Notes under the pieces: model-generated
What the model was told of the DNA's origin: nothing
Seen by the model: the letters and a program-made list of their open reading frames with translations, nothing else
Databases searched by the model: none
Translations under genes and position numbers: made by a program
Shown here: piece by piece, positions 40,540 to 53,979 of the stretch
Layout: the number at the start of each line of letters is the position of its first letter
How positions within the stretch are numbered: position 1 is the stretch's first letter
Origin: Tubiluchus corallicola
Lineage: Eukaryota; Animalia; Priapulida
Assembly: GCA_030141605.1 (NCBI GenBank)
Contig: JAQGDQ010000161.1
Coordinates: 1 to 64,000, forward strand
Length of the DNA: 64,000 bases
Direction of reading: 5' to 3'

Positions 40540-42780
40540 ACGCATCACTACATGAAATATAATTTTAGTGTGATATTAATTGCAATCGTGAAGATTTACA
40601 TGTGTTTGAAAATTAATTAAAGATCATTATTTCCACAAGCTTTATCAAGTTTATACAAATATTTGGCTTTGTTTACAGAAAGTTGTGTTATAAAACCGTT
40701 GATATGTTCAACACAGTCAGCATATTTAGTTTCGGAACATTCTAAGACCGTATGCGTAAGGGTCTGAACAACCCTTCATTCAACCGTACTACATTCAAAT
40801 CACGAAACTGACATATTCTATCTTCCCGTCTGCCAGTCTCAATTGGTAGATGGTGATTTCCTACTCACTTGAATCTTGAAATGATTATCCTGTAATGTTC
40901 GGTAAGAATGATGTTATCATAAAGTAACGAGGGTTTGGTTAACTCAGGGTTTATACTACAATGTACACCCTGTTTCGAGTCTGGGTCATTTCTGAACGCA
41001 AGAAGTCTTTGGCGGACATTTTCTATATATTTGCTATCAAAATAAGTCTTCATTTTACTACCAGTACAGAAAATTCGAAGCTCATTGTTCTCGTAATGTT
41101 GAACATATTTGGTGCGTTCTCTATGAACAATTTTTGAAAGTCTACAGATATGATTATCAGGGTTATCACGACAATATTTACTGATCTTTAACCAATAATT
41201 AAGCTGCAGTGATCTAACTTTTCCAGACAGAGGTTTGCTGTCACTTTCAGTATTACACCATCTCGTTAATAGTGTTCTGATTTTTTACCTAAAGCAGTTT
41301 TTAATGCTTTTCTATGTAAATTCTCTAGTTTAGTAAGAGCAGCACTACTCCAGCTTTCAGCAGAGTACAAAGTGATGAAGTAACACAAGCATTTAAAACT
41401 TTCATTTTTACATCAAAAGGAGCATTACGATGCCGTGTCACAAAGTTGACAAATCTAACGTTAACATTAAATGCTTCGTATCCCATTACGCTTCAACACA
41501 GTAATTACCTTTATCTGTGCAGACGACGCTTAAATATACTTGTTCATCTTTGTATTTAAACACCCCCTTGTTTAACTGAACAAAACGCATATCATCTTCA
41601 TTATCCTTGCCTATTACAAAGAAGCTAGATTTGGCAGCATTTAGTATAATGCCGTTGTCACAAAAATAATTTTCAGCAGCTTTATACTTGTGTTTAAAAA
41701 TAAAGATCTATCAGTACTTAAGGTGGCAGTATCATCAGCATGAACAAGACAATGCAGATCAAGTAAAAGCATTTCTGAATTACAGTTCGTTTGTAAATAA
41801 TCTGACATGTCATCAAAGAAAGCGTTGAAAAGTAAAACTGATGACGCTGTACCTTGTCGAATGCCAGAGAATGGTTCAGAACAATAGGAATATTGACCAT
41901 TAAAGTTTAAAATACATTGCGTGAATAAATGCATAGACCTAATGGCTTCATACATCACGTGATGGATACCCAATTTTACATATTTATTTAGCAAGATGCA
42001 TCTAGGTACTTTATCGAAAACCTTTTCAAGGTCCATCAAGGCAACATAAAGTTTAATTTTCAGTTTCTGTGCAATTGAGATAATTAACCGTAGCATAGAG
42101 ACATGGTCGACACATGACCTGCCTTTTTGAAAGGCTGTTTGTACTTCTCGGTTGGGTAGCCATAACTTCAGGTGATTTGCAATAATCCTGTCGTTGCTTG
42201 CTAGTAGTGACAACATTTGTATGCCTCTGTGATTTTAGGCAGCGATAGATCACCCTTTTTTTATTAGGGCTGTGAGATTAGGTTCATTAAAACTAACAGT
42301 ACTGGGTACAGCACATGATATGAACTTTTTAGTATGCGTACGGAAAAATCAAAACCACCTCTTTTCATTTTGTTCACTACGTTGTCCATTTCAATTAATG
42401 TAATCCGATTATCTAGGATAGGGTTGTATGGCAAATTATTGTTCTGCACCAAATCAACAGCTGACTTTGCTTCTTGTAATGAACATAATTTACTAAAATG
42501 ACCAGCAAGTTCAGCAGCACTTGGGCCGTTTGCAGGTTTTTTCTACTTCATCTCGCCCGAGCAATTACTTTTTGCCCACAGAGTTTTATCCCCATCTCTT
42601 AAGCTCATAATATCTAGACACTGTTTACATTGATTTATATGATGCTGAGGAATTTACACAGACTTAAATTCGCCGTGTAAGTCTCTAAGGTCTTTTGATA
42701 AATTCTCTACTTCTAAAGGACACTGACGCTTCAGAGCAATAACGATATAATGCATTTAAAACAGTATCTTCCTTGTGTTT
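40540..42780 (-). mobile_element. decayed non-LTR retrotransposon (L2/Crack/Daphne-like) RT remnant
   Basis: Fragmented ORFs with QTAFQKGRSCVDH, DLEKVFDKVPR, GIRQG, HADDT and C-terminal IISRFK...HLPIETGR; frameshifted. Confidence 0.8.
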
Positions 42781-43625
42781 CGATTTTATACACAGAACTG
42801 AAATGTGTAATGAATAAGTTAAAAATGGTTCGGTACTTGTCACGGCGCCTCTTTTTACGTGCTTTCTTCCCCTTACTTTACTACCTGGCTATCCCCTGCC
42901 TAGTGATAATAGCTAATTTTGGAGTTTAATATAACAGTAATCGATCATCATCATATAAAACAGACATGTTTAATATGGCTTTTAGAGAAACAAAAAATGC
43001 ATGCTAAGCCTGACACACTATACTTCCAAGCACCTTTGGCACAGTCTCTTCCTGAGAGCCAATAATAGCTTGATGGAACAATAGTTCATTAGGATCTACC
43101 TGAGCAACATGATCCTGTAGATAATCAACGATATTATTACGTTATTAATGTCAAATTATGCTCGAGGCCTTTTCATTTAGCTGCTTAATTTGTTTTGCTT
43201 AGGGAACGCATCCTGAGATCTAAGTAAGTGAATATGTGAAAACTTGTCACAGGTGCCGATTGGTAATTAGAGAGCTAGCAAGGTAACTAAAAAATCACCT
43301 AGAACGACGAGGAGCTGACAAATTTTTAATCTAGTGCCCAAAATTTCACATTTTTACAAAAATGTATTTCCAAGTGCAAAAAGTGTAAGAATGGAAGAAC
43401 TAGCAAAATTCGTGCTATAAGAGGTGGCGCTACCGTTTCAAGATGGCCGACAGAAATCAATGTCGTTGATGAGAAAGTGTATTGAGTGTTGATCACCCTA
43501 AAACATGTTAGTCTTTTAAGTTATATCATGGTAACAGAGAATATTTTAATTTCATTTTACATTTACAAATATCAAATTACAAACAGGGAAGCACATATAA
43601 ATTCTTGAAATATAGTTTCAAATTT

Positions 43626-44165
43626 TTAAAGAAAATGCCAACCATTCTGGGAAATTAAGCCTGTTTCAATGTTCGCGAAAAATGTTAGATTGTAGTAAAA
43701 CTGCAATAAGATTGTCGTGTAACTAGTAAAATCATTTTAAAGTCGCGATTTCTTCATGCTTGGGCGCTCCCATTTTCAATGCCCGTTATTCTACCAATGA
43801 AGTCATTCGTCTTAAAGAAAAGTAGCGCATTGTCAATCTTCATCAAAAGTATAATAAGTTTTTATAAAAACATTGGGGAGCTAATTTTGTAATATTTCTA
43901 CGTGAGCATTAGGTAAGCTGCAGAAGTTTGAATTAGTTTAAGCGGCGCGTGCTTACGGAAAGTCACGACGCGCTCACGGAAAGCCACGAAGTCTCCTAGT
44001 TACGTCATGATTTACAAGTGAATTGCTCCAACCTCCACGCCTGAAAATTTCTATTCAGAGGTAGTATATTTTAAATTAATACTTTATAGGCAGTTCTTTG
44101 CAAATTTGTTTATTATATTTTTCTAAATTTAAGTGATATCAGTATAATAAACCCAAGATAGTGAT
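43626..44165. mobile_element. MITE family A copy 2 (inverted, right end decayed)
   Basis: Reverse-complement similarity to 36873-37377 (ctgcagaagtttgaatta, cttacggaaag, cacgcctgaaa). Confidence 0.7.
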
Positions 44166-44489
44166 TGACTACGGGCGAATATTTATGGTAATTTCAACAT
44201 TTTTAATTGTATATTAATAATACGCTGCAAACAATGAATGTTTTTCCAGGGTTGCCTCTTCCTATAACTCTACAAATTAGCCAATCAGTTTGAATTGGGC
44301 TACAATTTTACCTTTGAAACGACCCAAACTCTAGAGTTGGCCATATGTGATTCTGTGAGCATTTCATAATTGCAGTAGAGAAACAGAAGGGAGGAGAGAA
44401 GGAAAGATAGGGCGAGAGAGAAAAAGAAAAAAATGACAAAAAACAAAAAGAGAGAGGATGAGAGAGAGACAGAGTCAGACAGAGAGGGA

Positions 44490-44571
<82 letters not shown>

Positions 44572-47500
44572 GAAAATAGGAAAATTGACAACTCCTACCC
44601 CGAGGCATCTATTTTCGTCTAATGACTTCACTTTAAATAATCTCATATTTCATGCAAATTTCCTGTCCAGTTCTTGGCATTTTTCCAAATTTATCCCAGT
44701 TTTCCAAGTTTTCACTTTCTGTTGGCCGTTTGTAAAACTGTGCAACTCCCAGAGGGGAATCGTTTTGACTCGCTTTAACGACTGGCGATTAATCTTAAAA
44801 AGAGACATGATCGATATCGATTTTTCCCCGCTGATGACAAGTTAGAGATGTATTGCTGTCTCATTTAACAGAGCTTATAACTCCGTTTTTGCATTTTACC
44901 ACATGCATGCCAGAATAAAGGTCGTAAAACAAACTAAGTAAGGAATTGCTCATTTCAAATATGCGTATAATTGCACTTGACAACATACAATTAAACGGAG
45001 GAATAGATTGTAGATAGAAAAGGAGATGACACATTCTCCATTGCGAGACTTGCGATAAAAATGTGTCTACAAAAGCTACAATACTGAAGATTGTGTTCCA
45101 GAGATTCTCCCATATTTATACATTGTGTGCATGTATCAGCCTCATAGTTAGTTAGTTAGTTGCTTGACTATAATTCGAGATAAATACACTATAATATTGG
45201 GCAATAAGAAAAAAACTGTAGCCCAAAAAAGACGTTACCAAAATGACACGTCGAGAACAACAAAGATAAAATAAAAGCAACGTGCTATATAGCTAAGTAC
45301 ACCAATTTTATGTCTATGTATTACTGTCATAAAAATACAATGCTGTAGATAACAAATCAGAATAATCTCTAATCATGTATTGGTGGAAACTTTACGAATG
45401 ATTAATTTTTGCTTGACGAAAGACAGTGGCCTAGGCTTAAAATAATGTTACTCAATCCCTATTTAACTTCAATACACCATAATAAATTTTAAACGTGTGT
45501 TCGTTTTCAAATACATTGACAATATTAGGAAAATTTACGTTCGTGAACTCATTTCTGAAAACACATACATGCAAATAGTTCGAAGGCAGTTCAAATTGTA
45601 GCGTCTTCAAATAAGACCAATGTCCCACTAAGATTCTAAAGAAGGTGAAGATACTATTCATTGTACATCTCACATATCACTGTACTTGCGTCTACATTGG
45701 CCAACTACTTCCATCTATGTTTATTGTTCAAGTGCTCAAAGACACAAAAAACAGAAGAATGCTTCAAAACTACTCAGATTTTGACTGATTGGAGTGAATG
45801 GACAAAATTCTTTCGGCGTGTGATGCAAGCTATACTGAACTATTTTACTTGTAAACGTTGCATGAAGTAAAAACAGACTAAGAAAGTCAATTTAAAATTC
45901 CCAGATTACAAAACACGCAAATATTGAATTAAAAACTTTTAGCAGTAACCACCCGTGATCATGTCATGGCTTTAATTCTGTATTCTAAGTCACTTTCTAA
46001 AAGTTTTAAACATCAGATTGCAATAGTAATGGATTCTATAGGCGACCACCTTCAAAGCCTCTGGCGTCCCGCGTTCAGAAGCGAGAAAGAACGTGCATAT
46101 TGTCAATGGGTGATGAAACAAGGTCTTTCCCGTGACTGAACATTGTTGTATAAGAAACTAAAACTTTGGTATCATAATTTTACAACAACCGTTTTAAATG
46201 TAAAATCTGATAATTTTTAGTTACTTGGAACATGCGAATTAATTAATTATATTAGTAAGATTTTCTGAGAGGGTGGCTGAGATCGATAACTCATAATTTC
46301 GTCGTCACCCTTTCACCACTCTAATCAATAATCACTTTTGCAATTTCTAATAGTATTTAATGTTATATAGAATTATAAATCACTTAATTATGCATTTTGG
46401 TATTATAAAAAATGGTGATAGACTAATAAACTTACTTGTTTACCTTAACAAAATGTAGGAAATTATTAATTAGGTGCTAAAATTTATAAGAATCACTGCA
46501 AAGAAAATAACCACCTAGGTACTTCTGTCGCGAACAAGAATAAAATCTGGTATCATGTCGAGAACGGGGAATTTATTTTGATTTCCAGATCTCGCTTGTT
46601 TCGTGTTTAGCTCAGAAAAAGTGGGAGAGTCGATGTATCAAACTAAATGTTTTATCTAAAATTTATTCTCGAAAGGTTGATTATTAGTGTTTGATGTCCA
46701 TTGCCGTGTCACCCCTATATATTCGTAAATGAAAGCAATAAAGAAATGAGTTAAAACATCATGATGTACTTATTTACGTTATGACTACATATGTAACGAC
46801 ATAACATAACAACATAATAACTTCACAACATGACCTGTAAATAAAACAAAAATAGTGTTAGTCAACGTTACGAAATCAACAATTCAATGTGTCATCATGG
46901 GACACTTAGTGTCTTTATTACACGAGGAAAACCGGCTCCTGTACTTGGGGGAAAAACTAGCTTCCCTTTAACTAGAGTTAGCACATATTAAGTTAAGAGA
47001 TAGCTTTGCTTCTTAACGTGGGGAAAAACCTGCACCGACTGCTGTCACGGCCGTCAGGTTTTTCCCAATGAATTATTTCCTGCCTCGGACCTTTTCCCAG
47101 TCTTATTCATTAAACTATTACACGGTTAATGATGTGATAAGACAGTTTTCCTATATACATACTGCACAATAAAACTACAGAAGTAATTACGTAATTTTTC
47201 TCTAAGTACTTCCTACAGTTATTTATAGAGAGCAAATAGAAATTTGTTTACTTCGGAAATGAGTTTCCGACAACTTCCAAGGTGATCCTATTTAAGCTCA
47301 TAAAATTTCTGAACCTGGCCTAGGTTTTATTAACGCGTGACATAAGACTTATACAAAACATCTCCTTTCTAATCAATTTCAGGTTTTCTTGTGCAGGTCG
47401 TGTATTGTAAATAGACTTACGACAACAGATTACTCAAGTAATAGCTGAGTAACTTTATACTAACATGAATACCTGAGTAACTTTATACTCCGCCAACAAA

Positions 47501-47576
47501 TGACGGAGCATCAGTAGACTCAGTACAAATTAACCAAAATTATAGCCTGAGAGAAAGGCAAGCCACGAATAAAGTG

Positions 47577-47783
47577 GCGTTTATGTAGTAGCATCTGGAA
47601 TGCGTTATGCGTTACGCGCACCTGCAGAATAACTGCGGACAAAAATCAATAGGAATAGACAGCTGCAGAAAAAATAACGCATAACGCAGGCCAGATAAAC
47701 GGGTTCATTGAAAACAGTATAAACCGATTTTATGTATTCCGCATCCGCATAACGCATACGCATTCCGGATGCTACATAAACGC
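47577..47783. mobile_element. foldback MITE (possibly PIF/Harbinger)
   Basis: About 30-bp TIR gcgtttatgtagtagcatctggaatgcgt / acgcattccggatgctacataaacgc. Confidence 0.65.
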
Positions 47784-48321
47784 TAGTTAAAGGAATTACT
47801 GCAAACGTAGTTGTTTTAATTGCTTGTTAACATTTGGACAGGTGAAGCTCATTATCTGAGCTTATATATTTAGTGAGATACACTTGCATACCTTGATTAC
47901 TAAGTTACCTTGATATCTAAGTTAGGTTTTCATATGATCGAAACGACTATTCACCTTCGAAACCAAACAATTCGCGAAAAAAATCTTATTTGCAAACGGT
48001 AAGATTAAAAATGTGTGATCTTATAGCACTGTGTCTATGTCGTTATGCTTGAGGTTTTAAAATTTCTGACAATGTAAAAGCTGAAGCAACAGCACCCCTT
48101 ACTTACCGTCATGGAATCGCTTCCTAAGGGAGAAGCTGATTAATGTTCTACTAGGCACTAGTGAGACCTCTGACTGTCCTACATCAGCTGCGCTCTATGG
48201 GCTAAACCACTTAAAGATAATTTACGGAATTGATCTGTGCTGATTGTTGACCAGATAACGGGAATGCAAGGCCAAGTGAGGCTCATCTGTGAGCTTTACA
48301 ACCAAGGAACGATAAACGATA

Positions 48322-48824
48322 TTAAAGGAAAGGCTAACCCTTCTAAGAAGTTAGGCTTATTTCAAAGTTCACGAAAAATGTTAGAAGGATTTAGTAATAA
48401 AACTGCAATTAGCGTCTCGTGTAACTAGTAAAATTATATTAAAGTCGCGATCACTCCATGCTTGGCCACTCCCATTTCAATGCCTTTCTTCTTCCAATGA
48501 CGTCATTTGTCCTGAAGAAAAGTTAATTTTGTAATACTTTTGCGTGAACATTAGGTAATCTGCAGAAGTTTGAATTAGTTTAGGCAGTTCGCCCTTACGG
48601 AAAGCCACGACGTGCTTACGAAAAGTCACGAAGTCTCTCAATTACGTCATGATTTTCAAGTGAATTGCTGCAACCACACGCTGAAAATTTCTATTCAGTG
48701 GTAGTATGTTTTAAATTTATGCTTTATAGGCAGTTCTTTGCAAATTTCTTTGTTGTATTTCTCTAAGTTTAAGTGATAACAGTAAAATAAACCTAATATA
48801 GTGTGTTCTTGTTCTTTCCTTCAA
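48322..48824. mobile_element. MITE family A copy 3
   Basis: TTAA-AGGAAAGG ... TCTTTCCT-TCAA; colinear with copy 2. Confidence 0.75.
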
Positions 48825-51149
48825 AGAAACCATGCAGCTCTTCAAACATGCGCACAACTTGTTCGGATAATAAATAAACTGCGCTGAATAAACCAAACAA
48901 CCGTGTCATACACGGACTAATGTTGTAATTTCAGGTGTGTTACTCAGTGAAATTAGTGCATACCTTCGTTTTAAAAGATCAAATTTTTATAAATAAAGAA
49001 AGTTATTATTAACTTGCAAAAATTATAATAATTGGGGCGTGGAATACAAGAGATACAGTACACCATGTGGAGCGCAGTATGGTAAGCTAATAGCAAATAA
49101 AATTACGCACACGAAATAAAGAAATAACGCTATCCCTCACAAGAGATTAAACTATCCAAACCTAACCAATCCAGACATTCTAGTTGGTCGCCTACAGTCT
49201 GATGTTCAGCTCATTTCTAATGAATAATTTAGGAAAGTTGCCACTTATGCATCAACCAAAGGTCATTTCACTCATGCAAACTATCCAAACTGACAAAGCA
49301 ACAACAGCGACAGCGTCAACGACAGTAAGAATAACAACGCACAATACATAATGACGATGGCAACACAAAAGCAGCAGCAGCGTCAACGACAGTAAGAATA
49401 ACAACACAGAATAAATAATGGTGACGAAATAAACAACACAGATTAGCAACAACGACAACAACAACCAGGAAAAACTCATTCTTCAAAAGCGCAAATGTAG
49501 TAAATTGTTAAAAGTTTATATCTACTTTCGTCAAACTTACCATCACATTTTTTGTTAGTAAATTCGCTTTGTTTACCACGTCGATGACTGAATACCATGT
49601 GATCCAAATATTGGGCCTAAAGCACCATCAAAACACAAAGCCACCCTGGTTTTTCAAACTGCACTTCAGAGTCTTGCAGAATCCTGGAATCTACGTCGCG
49701 GAAGCTGCGGCCAGCCCGATATTAGCAATCGATCTGTACGCTGGGTCTACAAAACACTTCTTGGTTTTAACGGTGTATTGATTTCGTTTGCTCTTTGGAA
49801 CCAGAAGCGAGCAAAGTTGGTAGGCTAGTTTCTCAAAAACGTAATCGAACCAAATTATATTGCTCTCCAGGCGATCAAAATTGAATTACATTTACGATAT
49901 TCATTTGTCGTTTTGCTGGCATGCGAACAACTATATTAACCGAACAATTTAGGCACTGGAAAACGAACGATTCTAATCAAAAAGCACAGATGAACGGACA
50001 AAGACCGTCATAGCGTCATACTAGTACAACAACGATCTTGATGTCTTTGAAAGTGTTGTTAATTCCCTACCAATAACTCACGTCGGCAAAAGAAACTGTT
50101 AGATTCTATGAGAGGTTATGGCACGCCAGAACGCCATTGTTTTCTTGTTCCCAAATCAGGGGCAGAGTGAAATTATGGTTTATTTTTGCCAGCGTTACTC
50201 AGAATAATGAGAGTAACAAAAGTATTGATGGTTATGTTCTTATGCACGGCACGCATAATCATCATTATCATAATTAGATAATTAATATGATGATGATGAT
50301 AATGGTGATGACGACGATGAGGATGACGACGACGACGATGATGACGACGACGATGATGATATGATGGTGATGATGGTGATGATGATGATTACGATGACTG
50401 ATGATGATGATGATGACGACGACGACGACGATGACGATAATTATGATGATGATGATAACGATGATGGTAGTTGACTTTTGTCAGCTTTTTCTTGGATACT
50501 TTTGCTGTCTATACAATTGGTAGTCAATGAGTATAAATAACTAAAAAAGCGAAAATAGTAAACAAGCAAACAAACAGGCAGACAGACAAACAGACAAAGA
50601 AACAAGTAACTGGTAAATTGTAAAGCAGTTTTCTCATAACTTTCTACTTTTACATACGTCGTCACTTAGTGTTCTAATAATTCTATTCCTCTCTAATTAC
50701 TTTTTTATGATTGATTTGGTCATGAAGTGGATTAGACTTGCGCGTTTAATCTGGCTGGTTGCAAAATCTCAGCGATAAATATTTGCAAACTTCAAGCTCC
50801 ATTTAAACACGCGACAGGTGCTGATTTTGTCAACAATTATTCCTGAAAATGTCAGGATTTTTATTCTATAGGTTATTTTATTTACCTGTCTGTAATCTTG
50901 CATGTCGCACGTAAGAAGCCCATTGCAGGTGCATTTCAGAGAAAGTAATTAAAAATAATGGACAGGTGCAAAAATCAACCTGGGCCTAGCCAGATTACGA
51001 GCGTAATAACATGTACCTTATCTAGATCTGATATAGATCTGCAGATTATACTCTCTAAAATGTACTTTATAAACCTACACGTCAAGTCACTAATGTTGGT
51101 TGTGTTCGTGCATGCTACAAATCTCGACTGCAGTCACTATTACAATTAC

Positions 51150-51397
51150 ACAACTACCACTACCACCAACACTACCACCAACACTACCACCAACACCACC
51201 ACCACCACCAACACCAACACCAACACCACTACCACCACCAACACCAACACCAACACCAACATCAACACCACCAACACCAAAACCAACACAACTAACACTA
51301 CCCCACTACCACCACTACTACTACTATTACTACTACTACTTCTACTCCTACTACTCTACTATTACTACTATTACTACTACTGCTGCTACTACTACTG

Positions 51398-51429
<32 letters not shown>

Positions 51430-51503
51430 ACTGCTACTGCTACTGCTACTGCTACTGCTACTACTACTACTAGTATTACTACTACTACTACTACTACTAC
51501 TAC
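51150..51503. repeat. compound ACC/ACT/GCT trinucleotide repeat
   Basis: Direct reading; explains the ORFs 50958-51615. Confidence 0.93.
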
Positions 51504-51520
51504 TAAAACAGCTGATTAAC

Positions 51521-51876
51521 TTCTTCTTCTTGCAATCTTGCGAGGCTTCCACTACTTTTACTGTTCCTCTGATATTATTATTTCTAATTTTATCTCTTCT
51601 TGTTATTCCCACCATTCATCTCAACATCCTCATCTCCACCACACCCATTTTCTTCTCTTCGGTCTTTAGAGAAGCTGCTTCCAGCCCATAGATTAGAGCG
51701 GGTCTGACCACTTCTTTGTGGACTTTCCCTTTAAGTCTCACCGACTCATTCATAGAAGGTTTTGGCGCAGTTTTTACAGGCGGATGCCCTTCCTGACCCT
51801 AACCCTCCCTATTTATCCGGGCTTGGGACCGGCACTGAGTTGGGCTGGCTTGACCCCCCTCCCCCAGTGGCTAGGT
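51521..51876 (-). mobile_element. internally deleted RTE-derived non-autonomous element with 17-bp TSD
   Basis: TSD taaaacagctgattaac at 51504-51520 and 51877-51893. Head contains gccggtcccaagcccggataaa...aggaagggcatccg. RTE ORF piece KGKVHKEVVRPALIYG...EMRMLRWMVGITRRDKIRN; (AAG)3 tail. Confidence 0.8.
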
Positions 51877-51877
51877 T

Positions 51878-52115
51878 AAAACAGCTGATTAACTATCTCA
51901 ATTAATTAAGTCGAAACATTTGTTCAGCTTTATGAGAACTTCAGAATTAACGGCAGGTGACTTGAAAACAGCTGATTAACCTTCTCAATTAATTAAGACG
52001 CAGCATTTGTTCAGCTTTATGAGAACTTCAGAATTAACGGCAGGTGACCTGAAAACAGCTGATTAACTATCTCAATTAATTAAGACGCAGCATATGTTCA
52101 ACTTTATGAGAACTT
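51878..52115. repeat. 87-bp tandem repeat x2.7
   Basis: aaaacagctgattaac starts at 51878, 51965 and 52052. Confidence 0.9.
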
Positions 52116-52249
52116 TGAACGGTTTCTCGCTATGATTCTCTTCTCTTTCTTCTGTTTTTATTTGCTTAATCAAGGAGCATAATGCATACATTTTGCTACA
52201 TGTATAAAGTGAAATTTAATTAACTACTCGGTTACTTGATAAAAATAGA

Positions 52250-52950
52250 TTATAGTTTATTGACGAACGGCACAAACACTATACAGTGCAATGAACATGA
52301 AAAAAAATCACACATCACACAAAGCATCCCAACACTTGGGTATAATCGTCATTATTATTGAAACAGTAAAACATACAATAGAGGTTAAACAGTAAATAAT
52401 ATTTACACTTTACAAAAATCATATAATTATAATGTACTTTTGGTATCAACTGAATGTGATTTTCTGTGTCTACGATTTTATTTTCTTCTTTTAAAACAGT
52501 CTGTAATATAGTTTGAAATTAAATTTGCAAGTTCATATTCATTTCCTTTCATTAGAAATATAAATTTTTCCTTTACCGTCAGATTAACAAAGTTTGGGGA
52601 AATTTCATTGACATGAGAAAGCAGGCTATGTCTTAAATCTTTATAGTAGTTACATTCAAGAACTAAATGCTTTTCGTCATCAATTTTTTTATCTTTACAA
52701 AGATGGCATAGTCTGTTGTTAAGGGGGATTTTAGGTTTGGTGTGGCGGTCTTTCTCAGTAAGGAGGTTGTGTGAGCTAATACGCAACTTTGTAAAGTTTG
52801 CTCTTTTAATGGGATTTTTCATTAGCAATAAGTATTATTCTTCTATGAAGTTCGTAACTTCATAACGTTTTTACCAGTTTCTTTGTCGGCGTCTCCTCCC
52901 AGTAATTTGCATAGTTGGTTTGCAGTTTGATTTCAGTAAATTAATAAATT
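52250..52950 (-). mobile_element. LINE (L2/Crack-type) 3' fragment
   Basis: FTKLRISSHNLLTEKDRH...RLCHLC...DDEKHLVLEC; AATAAA tail at about 52260 on the minus strand. Confidence 0.78.
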
Positions 52951-53530
52951 GTTTGGGCCTAATGGACTCTGTACTTTGGGCCTACCACTAAATGATAAAT
53001 AATTTCATTTTTCTCATAAAATTAACATATTAACATACTAGAATTAAAGCCGAGAAAAGTAGCGTGTATTTAGCGTGTATTTAGCATCAAATTGACCAAC
53101 ACTGAAGCTGGACAGTAAACGGATGGATGACCTGGATGACGCGGCTTTAATGCTAGTTTTAGCGACTTAATTTACTAAAATGATTCTGGTTTGTTAAATT
53201 ACTGTCTGCAGTGTAATCATATTATAGAAACAAAGTAAAAAATACAATTGCTTAATGGAGAAATTGTTGCGTTTTTAAGGACTTTCCAGCTGGCCGCTAC
53301 ACACTATTCAATTACTTGCCCAATTCGCTTCAGTAGTTTTCTGAATCATTTTGATGTAGTTTCTATCACGTGCAATCTTCATTACCTGCACAAATGCTCA
53401 GACGCATGCACACTGAGCAACCGGATTAAAAGAAAGCCTATAATATGAAGAAGTATACAGACGCCAGCACTTTAATTACTGCTTTAAGATCAAGATACAC
53501 ATCGAAATCGAGCCTCTTCGAGAGCGAGGG

Positions 53531-53570
<40 letters not shown>

Positions 53571-53939
53571 CAGTTATCAGCAAGCCTGTTTTTAAGCAGG
53601 TCAAAGGTTAGTGCAGCAACTTTACAATAGTATTTATGTTTTTATGTATTTAATTAGTTACTTTTTTGCAACAATCTCATGTAACACCAGACACGGTGCG
53701 CAAAAAGCATGAGTTATCGTCCAAAACTTCTTACTGTTAAAAAATTATTATTGTTAAAAAAACTTAACAATTTAACAAACGCCTTAGAACATTCAGTCAT
53801 TGCTACTCCCAGTGTCCAAGGGAGTCCAGGGTTCATCCATTATAGCTGGCCAACCAAAATGCTACAGTTAATGTTAAAGTTAGAGGAAAACATAAATAAA
53901 GATATGCATTTTGCACTGTTAAAATTTTAATAAAATATT

Positions 53940-53979
53940 TCAATACATTTCGGAATGGCAGTGTTTCATCATCAGTTGA
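53940..53979 (-). ncRNA. decayed minimal (Penelope-type) hammerhead ribozyme motif
   Basis: tcaa-CTGATGA-t-gaaacactgccattcc-GAAA-tg-TA-ttga; stem I tcaa/ttga flanks the core. Confidence 0.5.

Noticed and set aside
49540-50100. Distant first exon/promoter of ADAMTS (CpG-richer stretch with a minus-strand gtaagt donor)
   Set aside because: Plausible but unsupported without transcript data.
50958-51615. Mucin/extensin-like Thr- or Pro-rich ORFs
   Set aside because: Compound trinucleotide microsatellite open in several frames, with no splice or domain support.
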